Part shown: positions 12,683-23,623 of the stretch, piece after piece
How positions within the stretch are numbered: the stretch's first letter is position 1
Layout: every line of letters begins with the position of its first letter
Position numbers and translations under genes: made by a program
NCBI GenBank assembly: GCA_951406725.2
Contig: OX597819.1
Location: forward strand, 98,766,001-98,830,000
DNA from: Octopus vulgaris
Lineage: Eukaryota
Reading direction: 5' to 3'
Length of the DNA: 64,000 nucleotides
Notes under the pieces: model-generated
Database searches by the model: none
Told to the model about the DNA's origin: nothing
The model's input: only the letters and a program-made list of their open reading frames with translations

Positions 12683-13129
12683 CACACACACACACGCACA
12701 CACAAATAAACCCGATAGTCTTTCACACAATTTCCTTTTTCCAAATTATATTTACAAGTTATTAGTGGGTTCTAGTCTATGGAACAAGTCACTTGCCCAG
12801 TGTATCAATCAGTGGGACGAGAACCGAAACCACATAGTTGCGAAATGAACTTTTTAATCCCATATTTGTGCCTGCTTAATATATATTCCTTCATATATAT
12901 TTTTTCTTCGTCTGAAATGTGGATTGAAACGATATGTTTCCTTGTAGTTACGACTTATACTATGTACTCCAGTTTGCACTTATGACTCACATTATATTGT
13001 TATTCTAATAATTCATGTCAGTCCACTAATGTTATATCATTATATATATATATATGAACTGTGTTATTTACATTCATGCTTGCATTCTAATAGATAACAT
13101 TCCGCTATAATCGTTTTTTATATGGGAAG

Positions 13130-13188
13130 GAATGCAAGCGTGTTCTGATGAGCCATAACGATCTGAAACTAGTTGTCATGTTTCACTC
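13130..13188 (+). ncRNA. Decayed minimal hammerhead ribozyme motif (Penelope-like)
   Basis: CTGATGA 13145-13151, GAAACTAGT with palindromic stem III, residual stem I; stem II broken. Confidence 0.45.
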
Positions 13189-13767
13189 AGTCATCTATCA
13201 AAATATGTCATTGTCTCAAAACAGAATGTAACTTAATAATGGTGGTGGGATCTCCGTCTTTCGACGATGATGATTCATTTGTTCTATTGATTGAATTATC
13301 TGCTATTGAATTAAATGTAAGTGGCCGAACATTCACAGAGAAGCGTAACTTTAACATCATTTTTTTACGTAGTCTCAGCGTAACACAGCGAATGAAAAGG
13401 CTGCCACCTTTGGATAACAAGTACAGTTCACTCAACAGGTTTCTCTACAGTTTCCTTTAGCCCAATTTCAATCACAACGTATGAGGTAAGGGTGACTCGA
13501 GACTATAAGGAATTACACTTGTTCAGTACCTCACGCAATGAAATGGAACCTGGGACCTAGTAGTTGCGGAGTGCACCTCTTATGCATACAGCCATATTGC
13601 GCTAAAACACTGAAGCAATATAATCTAATTAAATATGCAGATATTTATCCGTAGAACTTCGTTATTTAAAAGTATTTTCTTTTCTTCAAGAAGACTTCAT
13701 AATGTTAAAAAATATAAATTTGTGATGCAGTAGCGTTAATTCTATCCCTAAACGCATTATAGGTATT

Positions 13768-14054
13768 CTTTTTCGCGCCCTTTTCAAGCCTAGCCAGGTT
13801 CATGGGCCCGGTTTCCCGGTTTCTGTGGCGTATGTGTTCCCCCTAGTTGGACGGAACGCCAGTCCATCGCAGCGTTACCCAGAAAGAGTGAGAGAAAGTT
13901 GTGGCGAAAGAGTACAACACGGGTCGCCACCACCCCCTGCCGGAGCCCCGTGGAGCTTTAGGTGTTTTAGTTCAATAAACACACACAACGCCCGGTCTGG
14001 GAATCGAAACCGCGATCCTCCGACTGCGAGTCCGCTGAGTCATTGCGCCTCCAC
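13768..14054 (-). mobile_element. SINE head E + tail 2 (V-domain-like)
   Basis: B box GTTTCGATTCC, GCGATGGACTGGCGTTCCGTCCA module, TSD CATTATAGGTATT at 13755-13767 and 14054-14066. Confidence 0.88.
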
Positions 14055-15668
14055 ATTATAGGTATTAGTGAAATGCGAATTAAATTGATAAAGGAAGCTG
14101 CGTATTTCAGACTAGCGGCGGTTTTCTCTGCTTTCTCCCACATAGTTCACCGACCTTTTATCATTTTATTTCTAAAACTACGCGTCCTTTTGTAAAGAGG
14201 ATACTGGATTGTATGGTGGTTATTCTTGCTTTAAGGATATATCAAGATGTAGATAGCATCAAAGTTAATCAGTTGAATATTCTTTTTTTATTTTTATTTT
14301 GGTTCAGTTGATGTTCTCCCAGAAATAGAATTAGTTTACCTCAAAGGTATAACAGCAGCAACAACAAAAACAACAGAACCCCCTCTCCACAGAACAACAC
14401 ATCTACCATTTTCTTTGGCACGTAATACAATCCGCTTTTCACGAGTGGTCAACTCCTTTAAGAGGGTTTGTCTAATCTTCACAGATTAAATCTATTTTCT
14501 TCCACACCTAAAAAGTAACGGAAACTTAATTATGGCCACTGTTTAGTAGAAAAGTAGCAACTAGTTACGTACAGTTGTTTTGTTATTTTGCCAAGAAAGA
14601 AGTGGATGCCTATCAGCTAGAGAAGTGGGTGTCTGCCGGGTGGAGATTCATTTGTTTTCTGCTACACCGTAGGATCAACATGGATGTGTCTGTGTGTCTG
14701 TATGTAGAAGTTAACGGTGAGTGGGTTGAGCAGAACCTCGGAATTTACACACTCAATGACGTAATCACTCACCGAACAGACAATGGAAGTAATAACAGAA
14801 AACATGATGGTCATGATGACGATGGTGATGGTGGTGGTGATGATGATTAGTATGATGTTGGTGTTGTTTAGCTAAATGGCAGCAAACCCAATCAGAGCTA
14901 TATTCAAAGTTATTCCAGCCGTGCCCATCTCGTTTATTTATCATTATTATCCAACATTTGGCAGTTTCAGGCAAATTTCTACTCCATCACCTGCTACACT
15001 ACCATGTTTCTTGGTGTGTGTGTGTGTGTGTGTGTGAAGCATTATGTGTTCTTTTTTTGTTGTTGGGAGTTTTCGATCTCTTCCCGGTATTGTATTGCAT
15101 CAGTTTGTTTTGCTATGAGGTCTCGTTGCAGTCTTTTAGTTGTATTAGTGTTTATATTAGATTGTATTGAGTAATGCGAGCTGTGTTCTTCTGTTGGGTA
15201 TCCGGCCTCTCCTTCTCCTTCCTCCCCTCCTCCTGCTCCTTCTGCTCCTCCTCCTTAAATTTGTATACGATTAACTAACGTGTCGTTTCCTGTTTTTAAG
15301 ACGACGGATGGGAGTGATTTGAGAGAGATATGACAGCTATTTCTTTTAGCTGGAGACTCAGACACTACTTAGAAGCTCCCTCATTGCTCTGATAACGGCG
15401 ACGACGATGTCAATAATGAGGATGGTGATAATCGCGATGATGGATGTGATATTGGTGATGATAACTATTGCACTGCTAGACCTAATCATTTAGCATTTAA
15501 ACAGATTATATTCAGCCCAAATATTCTATCTGTTTTATGATCAAACTGGCTAGATCCAGCCTCTCACATCTGGTTGACGATGTCATTCTAAAACTAATCA
15601 ATCGCAACATCGAAATCTCAAAACTATGAAACAATGCCTGATGACTTTAAAAGAATCTGAATAAATAA

Positions 15669-15985
15669 TCATTTTCTAACTAGCTACTTTGCTTGTTGCA
15701 AGATCAGAAACTGAATGTCACTTGGTTTTCTATATATTGCGAGTTGGAGCGAATTCTTGTTATATCTAGCAGCCGAGTGTTCACCACTGACGATGGGCAC
15801 AAATAACCCGAAACCGTTCGGTCTGGTCATCCCGTTGTCTGCTAGAAGATGGTAGGGGTTCGCTCCTTTGCTTGCAATCTATACCGGGTGCAGATTGCAT
15901 CGATAACCAGTTGGAGGAGGCTCTTCTTGGAGTTAAAAACGGCATATTGAATAGCCATATTGATGTGGCGATAAATATTACTTCC
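15669..15985 (+). mobile_element. Non-coding hammerhead-bearing retroelement (retrozyme-like or Penelope pLTR-derived)
   Basis: AAATAA duplicated at 15663-15668 and 15986-15991, long internal fold-back, intact hammerhead core. Confidence 0.65.
15783..15827 (+). ncRNA. Type I hammerhead ribozyme
   Basis: ACCA-CTGACGA-T-GGG(cacaaataa)CCC-GAAA-CCG(tt)CGG-TC-TGGT. All core nucleotides present; GUC cleavage predicted after 15823. Confidence 0.85.
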
Positions 15986-16559
15986 AAATAAGCATTACAT
16001 TTGACAACATAATCTGAACGCTAACGAGTTAAAGATGATAATATCGATGCCAATCATAGTGATGATGAGGAAGATGGATTAGAAGAGAGACTAGTGGAAA
16101 TAAAACCATAAATAAAAGGTGGGGGTAGAATTATGCTAATGAAGATGTTTGTCAGTGGTATCTATTATTAGAATACCCCCATCCCACACACCTGTCTAAT
16201 TGTGGGGTGGTACTGTGTCGGTGAACTGAGGTGTGCCGCTGGTGATCAGTGAATAGCAGGATGGGTTGAACTATATATTCAAAGTAGAGATGTTGGCAAT
16301 ATTGTTCTCTACATTCACGGATATATTGTTTTACATATACACACCCGTATATAAATACTTCACCCCAGCATATATACATGCGCATAAAACACACATACGC
16401 GTACATATATACATATAGATACACGTATATTTGCAATCTTATATAAAAATTTTCTCACATTTTCTCTCATTTTCTCTAAAACGTACAGAGAAAAGAAACA
16501 AGATTATACACACACACATCCATCTATCCATCCATCCGTCCAACCATCCGTCCATCCAT

Positions 16560-17260
16560 CCAAGGAGCATCGGTAAAATCTATTTATCAGAACATAGCAA
16601 AAAACAATAAAATGGACCAGCTTACTGAGAAGATAGTACAGGGGTACTTGGCACAAAAGACACCAACCATGAAAGGGATTTATCATGTCAAAAGCTGGGC
16701 ATAGAGTACCGACAAGTTGGTGACATCCCACTACGAAGGCTACCTCTATGCAATTCATGAACAAGAGATCTCCGCCAAGTACATACAGCACAAAATGCAA
16801 AAGATATTGACAGACAACAAATGTAGGCTGTGCAAGCCCAAGACCGAAGACATCAACCACATTATTGCCACCTGGATGAGGATGTCTTCCATATATTATC
16901 TTCCAATGAGGCATGATGAGGTGGCCAGAACAGTGAGGAACAGGGTAATCAAGAAAGAAAACACCCACAGTCGAAGGTAACTCTACTGAAACCGATCGGT
17001 CAAAATAATAGTGTCAAAACTTAAAAGTTAAAACAACAAGGAACAGATATGTTCCGTTTTGGATATCAGCTGCCCTCTGGACACAGTGTGGTTAGAGAAA
17101 TACAAGTGGAAGAGGACATCTATGAACCATTGATAAGGAGTTTACAAATCCAGTACCCGAGGTACATTTTCAGATTCAGATATATCATTACTGGGGCGAT
17201 GTTCTCGAGCAAGTATAGCTGAATTTGGGATATTGGGGAGAGAACGCAAAACCTCAATTC
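16560..17260 (+). mobile_element. R4/Dong-like RLE non-LTR retrotransposon fragment
   Basis: EGYLYAIHEQEI...KCRLCK...EDINHII...YYLPMRHDEVAR (CCHC knuckle), then ICSVLDISCP...IYEPLIRSLQIQYP.Y.FRF..IITGA (RLE region). Confidence 0.85.
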
Positions 17261-17279
17261 ATATTCTAAATGAATGGAG

Positions 17280-17522
17280 ACGGGCAGCTTAGTGCTTAGG
17301 GGTGTTGGACTCCTGATCGTCAGATTGTGGATTTGATTCCTGGATCTGGCGACACATTGTGGTCTTGAGCAAAACACGTCATTTCACATTGCTCCTGTCC
17401 CCTCTGCTGGCAAAATGATTAATCTTACGACGGATCGGCGTCCTGACCAGGTGTAGATTTTATACCCCATGAAGCCGGGAAACCGGCCCTTATAAGTCTG
17501 TATGACTCGAGAATGTAACTTT
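17280..17522 (+). mobile_element. SINE head A + V-like tail, decayed
   Basis: GCTTAGTGCTTAGGG...TTGATTCC...TCTTGAGCAAAACAC...CCGGGAAACCGGCCC. Confidence 0.75.
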
Positions 17523-18489
17523 TTCGCGCTATAAATAATCGAGATACCCGAGACTGTAAAAATCTGCAAGATCTTAAGATTTAAATCATGAATAACAAAA
17601 CAAGATGCTTTCCTTCAAAACCTTGCTATCAAGCAGGTGGCCGGTTAAAATTCATTCTAAATTAAAAAGAGGAAAGGAATATACATATATACGTACAAAT
17701 ACGAATATATAATTACTCCCGATATCAGATAAATATGTTGGGGTTAAAATGGTAATAGAGTCTAGAAGAAGGCTCGCAAAGAAACATTTCAGTTTATAAT
17801 TTTTTAATAGAACTTTGTATTTTCTGATGCTGGTCTTAATACGTCACGGTTTTTCTCCCTGAAAGGATAGTTTGGGCAACAATTATATAGCATATTGTTA
17901 ATGGCGTCTGTTCACGGGTAACTTATATATAGTTATATCTTGACTAGGCAACCCAATATAGTGTGTTGAAATTTTTTTTATATAGGGAAAATTACATAGA
18001 AAATTACATAGAAACTTTTGCATTAATGAAACTTATTTTCAAAAGGAAAAGGGAGAGCATTCAGGAATTAATAGGAGATGTAGGAAGATTTGGTAACAAA
18101 GAGACACATTTATACATTATTTGATCTTATAATGAGGTCCTTAAAATTAAAAAAAAGGTACTAATATATAACCACCAAACAAGAGAAAATTTTGAGATGT
18201 ATATTATTTTTGTTATGAAAATATTTCACTGATTACATAATTTAAAATAACAGCATAGAGAAATTTCCCAAGAGCACATTCTCTATGGGAGACATGTGCT
18301 TAAGAGCGTAATGGCAGTTAATGTTAATGTAGCAGTTAATAGGAGTTGATGTTAATGTAGTTGAGCTAAAAATGAATTTTAATGAGCTCATATTAAACAC
18401 ACAATTAGACTTAATGCTTATGAAAATTGTTTTCATGAGGATAAGCATGGGAACTGCGGAGTTTATATTGAGAAAAGTTGAGTGTCAGC

Positions 18490-18491
<2 letters not shown>

Positions 18492-18567
<76 letters not shown>

Positions 18568-18850
18568 GTATTATGTATGCGTGTGTATGTATATATACAT
18601 ATATACGCATATGTACATACATACACATTTCACATGCATATATATTTATGTGTGTATGTGTTTGTAGGTATGTAGGGGTATGTGTTCGTACGTGTGTACT
18701 TATATGTATATGTAGACACGTGTGTACGTGTGTACAAATATATACAAGCAGACACATACATCCGCTCGCACTCAAACATAAGCGCTCACTCACTCTTTCT
18801 TTCTCTCCCCCTCTCTCTCTCTCTCTCATGCTATTTCTCTCTCTCTCTCA
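18492..18850. repeat. (TATC)n, (TA/TG)n and (CT)n microsatellites
   Basis: Direct reading. Confidence 0.92.
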
Positions 18851-19099
18851 CAAACATATACATCTTAAAATTTATCGAACATTGTTCGTAGACAGATCGA
18901 ATACTGATCGCAATCTGATCAAACACTTACTGTGGACTGGACTGATCAAATAATTATCACAAAACCAAGCATAAATTGGCTGCAGGCTGATCGAAGACTA
19001 ACTATAGGGTGATCGCAGCTGTCGCTCAGTGAAGGGAAGTTTTTAATTTGCATAATTTGCAAGTACTTGCGCTTTATAGGGAGGTAAAATAATGTCACA

Positions 19100-19780
19100 A
19101 AGGCAGGTGGGTTTTTTTTTGGGGGGGGGGCAGGGGATAAGTCAGCTATATCGAGACCAGTGTTTAACTGGTACTTATTTTATCGATATCGGTGAAATTG
19201 AACTCAGAACGTAACAACGGACGAAATATCTATTTCTTTACTGAGGGGACAAACAAGAACAGATAAACGGATTAAGTCGATTATATCGAGCCCAGTGCGT
19301 AACTGGTACTTATTTAATCGATCCCGAAAGGATGAATGGTAAAGTTGACCTCGGCGGAATTTGAACTCAGAACATAACGGCAGGCAAAACGCCTATTTCT
19401 TTATTACCCACAAGGGGCTAAACATAGAGGGGACAAACAAGGACAGACATAGGTATTAAGTCGATTACATCGACCCCAGTGCGTAACTGGTACTTAATTT
19501 ATCGACCCCGAAAGAATGAAAGGTAAAGTCGACCTCGGCGGAATTTGAACTCAGAACGTATCGGCAGACGAAATACCGCTAAGCATTTCGTCCAGCGCGC
19601 TAACGATTCAGCCAGCTCGCTGCTTTAGAGAGAGGTAAAATCATTTTTTTCTACGATAGGCATAAGGACTGAAATTTGGTAGGGGAGATGACTAGTCGAT
19701 TACATCGACTCCAGTGTTTCACTGGTACTTTATTTGTCGACCCCGAAAGAATGAAAGGCAAAGTCGACCTCGGCGGAATA
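19100..19780 (-). mobile_element. SINE family B multimer (three tandem bodies, one head) plus adjacent partial copy
   Basis: Repeated GGAATTTGAACTCAGAAC / CGACCCCAGTGCGTAACTGG units; head at about 19625. Confidence 0.9.
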
Positions 19781-20109
19781 GAGAGAAGTAAAGTAATAAT
19801 AATGTCAGAGGTATACGAATTCCAGTTATAAAAACTGAGTTGAGTGTCTTCACAGCTCTCACGGGAAATGGACTGCAGTCTTGCTAGGGCACAGCCTAGA
19901 AAGGTCTACTCAATCACATCAAGCCCGGTATTTAATTTTTCGCTTTTATGTTTGGTAAACAGTTTGTCTGTCTCTTTTACCGAACAGCTATGTTACAAGG
20001 ACGCAAACAAAACAGCAGCGGTGCGTGTGTGAGAGAGTGTGTGTGCGTGTAAGTGGGTGGGTTGCGGTGGGGGTGAGGTGCCAAAGACATTTACACACGC
20101 ACGCATATG

Positions 20110-20190
20110 TATGTATAAGTACATATATATATACCTACATGTATATATATATATATATATATGTGTGTATACATATGTATATTTATATTC

Positions 20191-20225
<35 letters not shown>

Positions 20226-20420
20226 CTTATATATATACATATATATACACACACATACATTCATATACATACATATATAGATATGTATATATATACATAT
20301 ATATACATATATATATATATATGTATATATATACATATCTATATATGTATGTATATGAATGCATGTGTGTATATATATATATATATATAAGTATATATAT
20401 ATATATATATATACATATAA
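20110..20420. repeat. (TA)n-based microsatellite forming a long palindrome
   Basis: Interruptions mirrored about 20309/20310. Confidence 0.85.
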
Positions 20421-21124
20421 ATAACAGACGCAGACATATGCGTCGTGTTTGTGTGAGTGCATGTGTGCGTGTCTATGTTTGTGCGCGTGCATTCGCACTG
20501 AAGCTGTGTACAATGCTGCTGCTGCTGCTGCTGAAGATTATTATCAGTAATTACAGTATATTGGGAACGTTCCAAATCAGCTTTGATCCTCCTCAACGCT
20601 GGTGACGTTGTTCCTGTTATATTTGTAGACAAATCAATAGTAGAAGGTCGCCCAGCCACTAGTCGACCCATATTTTCCATGGCAGTCAACTGCATTATTG
20701 TGTATCAGTGTAACTATGAATGTGTGGTTATTTCTTTGCGGTTCTGTTCACGTGTACATATAAACATATGTGTGAGAATGCCCGCGTGTATGTACTTCTT
20801 TGAGGACTCGCACGCATGTACACACACCTGTGTGTATTTGTGTGTTGTGTGTGTGTGCTTGTAAATTTGGTTTATGTTACGTGGATGCTTGTGCAGATTC
20901 TGCGAGTATATGTTTTTCAAATTATGATTGAAAGAAATAAACCCCGTGATCTGCTTCATGTACTTATGGGAAGAAACTATAAGTGACAATTACTGAATTT
21001 TCCCTACATTATATATTATATTCCCTTTAGAGTACTTCTTTGTACGGAGTGTTATATATTTTTCATACAGTTATGAAACATTATAACCAATATATATATA
21101 CGTGTGTGTGTGTGTGTGTGTTTA

Positions 21125-21420
21125 GTTCAAATTTACAGATAACAAAAGTCGAAGACAGGTGGAGGAGCAAGAATCAGGTCTATTAGTTTAACGATCGAGA
21201 AGAATGGAAAAGTCTTTGATGTTTCGAGTCTACGCTCTTCGACAGATAGGATTACGGTTCAAAATTGTACAAAAAAACACAAAACGAAAGATAAATGCAA
21301 GTGAAGGAACAAATAACAAGGTATATTATTTGGAACTCAGGAAAAATGGAAAAATTTTTAACGTTTCGAGACTACTCCCTTTTAGGATAGAAAACTGATG
21401 GAGAGAGGGGAAAAATGGAG
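21125..21420 (-). mobile_element. Penelope-like pLTR remnant, two tandem decayed units with hammerhead-like motif
   Basis: Minus strand CTGTCGA-A-GAGC(gtag)ACTC-GAAAC; related to 38190-38345; flanked by (TG)n and (TA)n. Confidence 0.55.
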
Positions 21421-21490
21421 GCATATATATTATATATATATATATGTGTGTGTGTGTGTCTATATGTATATGTATATGTATCATTGTGTG

Positions 21491-21534
<44 letters not shown>

Positions 21535-21771
21535 ATTATGAAAAGTTATGTAGAGTTGCAACAGTTAAGCGTCAAGTTTCAAAATATAACTAAACCAGTC
21601 ACAGGACGGCTAGTCATCCGAAGCTTAGAGAAAACAGTTAACCTTTCCGTATGAAAATTAATATGTATTGTCTATTCTAATTTTAATTATCTGAAGTCTT
21701 TCTGTAAGGAAAGAGATAGTCTTAACAAAAATACGATGTTCCGTTGTTCGAATGTAGAAACCGAAATCAAT

Positions 21772-22020
21772 GTCACATTTTGAACTTGGGAAAATCTCGC
21801 ATATAGTTAGTGTTCCGCTTCTAGATTTTATTAGTTATATGCATGTTAGTTGACTGATTTCTTTTCCTGAAAGCCTCAATTTTTCCAGATTGTCACGGAG
21901 GCCTTTACTAACAAGCTCACAAATTATTGGTATAAATGCTAATTTATAATCTGGGTACAGAAGCTGAAGTGTTTGAAAGAGTTGTTCGTAGTTACCCTTT
22001 TTCTCTTTGATCTTCGCATC
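21772..22020 (-). mobile_element. R4/Dong-like RLE C-terminal fragment
   Basis: KIKEKKGNYEQLFQTLQLLYPDYKLAFIPII...LRDNLEKL..SGKEI...SGTLTIC; same type as 16560-17260. Confidence 0.8.
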
Positions 22021-22101
22021 CCTCTCATTTTCTCTTAATTAATTAATTACTTGATTAATTAATCAATTTATTTATTTATTTTGTGTATATATACACACAT
22101 A

Positions 22102-22407
<306 letters not shown>

Positions 22408-22418
22408 ATTATTATTAC

Positions 22419-22497
<79 letters not shown>

Positions 22498-22538
22498 ATA
22501 TATGTATGTATATATAGGCATGCATATTATGTGAATTT

Positions 22539-22583
<45 letters not shown>

Positions 22584-22799
22584 CGTGTGTGTTGTTGTTG
22601 TTAAAGAATTGCGAGCATCAGGTAATTCTTTCTAAAAAGCAATTCAGAAAATTTTACAAGAAGAATAAGTAGAATCAAATAGACAATTGAAGTATTCAAT
22701 GTTTATTACTTAAACACGGATTTTATATCAGGTTTCCTAATAATGTCATAAACAAACGCTAAAGCTCGCTCGCGCACACACATGTCCTGTCATATAGAG

Positions 22800-23400
22800 G
22801 CATTTTAACCGTTTAATGACTGTGTTGTTTACAATGCGAAACTGATATCTATTACGAGATTTACGCCCTAAATTAGTTGTAAACAATAGGATATCGTTTC
22901 CTTTTAACTGATTCTAAATCTAGAGGATCACGCGTAAATCTCACATCCCATTGCACTCTACAATACATCTATTTAATCTTCTGTCCAGTGATTAGTTGAC
23001 ACGTATTAAACCTCTCACCCTGCATGATCAGTGATTTTCCAATGTTGCAGTGACCAGGAATATCAGTAGCGGGAAGGAAAAATATTTGTTTTTATTGTAA
23101 TTGCCAATCCAATTAAGAATTTGGCAAAGAAATCACCAATAAATTGCCAGCAAATTGCAATAAATTCAGGCACTTATTGACAACTGGACGACTTAATTAT
23201 CAACCACAGCTCAACATTTACATATATCACTTTAATTAATAGCAAACAAGAAATCAGATATTGTGATTTCTAAAAAGGAATAATATGGTTTAATTCTCCC
23301 TAATTGAGGATTTGGCAAGGGACTTATTGCTCCGTATTTCGTTCAAAATGAAAATAAAATGAACCAAAACCATTTGCCATTTTTTGTTTCACATTTCAAT
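22800..23400. promoter_or_regulatory. Candidate cis-regulatory island
   Basis: Unique sequence with paired Fox sites (TGTTTAC/GTAAACA), several TTGGCA/TGCCA NFI half-sites and many TAAT/TAATTA cores. Confidence 0.3.
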
Positions 23401-23537
23401 ATTTTCTTTTCCCGTGCTGTTTCGTTACATTGAGATATGGCCGTACTTGGTCCACCGTGTACATAATATTTTGATTATGTAGCCAGTTATTCAAATGCTC
23501 AAGTGATTTCACTCAAATATGGTAGTTTCTCTATAGG

Positions 23538-23623
23538 CCATATCCGCCCACGACATGCATAATTTTTAAAGGGAAGCAATTTTGATAGTGTGTGGCGCAC
23601 AGTTTGATTTGAGATTAATTTTG
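23538..23623 (+). repeat. Dispersed repeat of unknown class (inverted copy at about 47278-47362)
   Basis: GGGAAGCAATTTTGATAGTGTGTGGCGCACAGTTTGATTTGAGATTAATTTT versus its near reverse complement at 47281-47333. Confidence 0.75.

Larger units (their letters stand above)
15483..16032. mobile_element. piggyBac-like (TTAA) MITE interrupted by a 317-bp insertion
   Basis: Degenerate TIRs (c)taatcatttagcatt / aacgctaacgagttaa; the halves rejoin across a duplicated AAATAA. Confidence 0.5.

Noticed and set aside
14715-14774. Pre-miRNA-like hairpin (CGGTGAGTG/CACTCACCG)
   Set aside because: Only a 9-bp plus a 5-bp helix with large asymmetric loops; too weak for a Drosha substrate.
19100-19630. CRISPR-like regularly spaced repeats (also 46515-47068, 61648-62993)
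   Set aside because: Whole units of about 180 bp repeat with no unique spacers, there are no cas genes, and the context is eukaryotic; these are SINE multimers.
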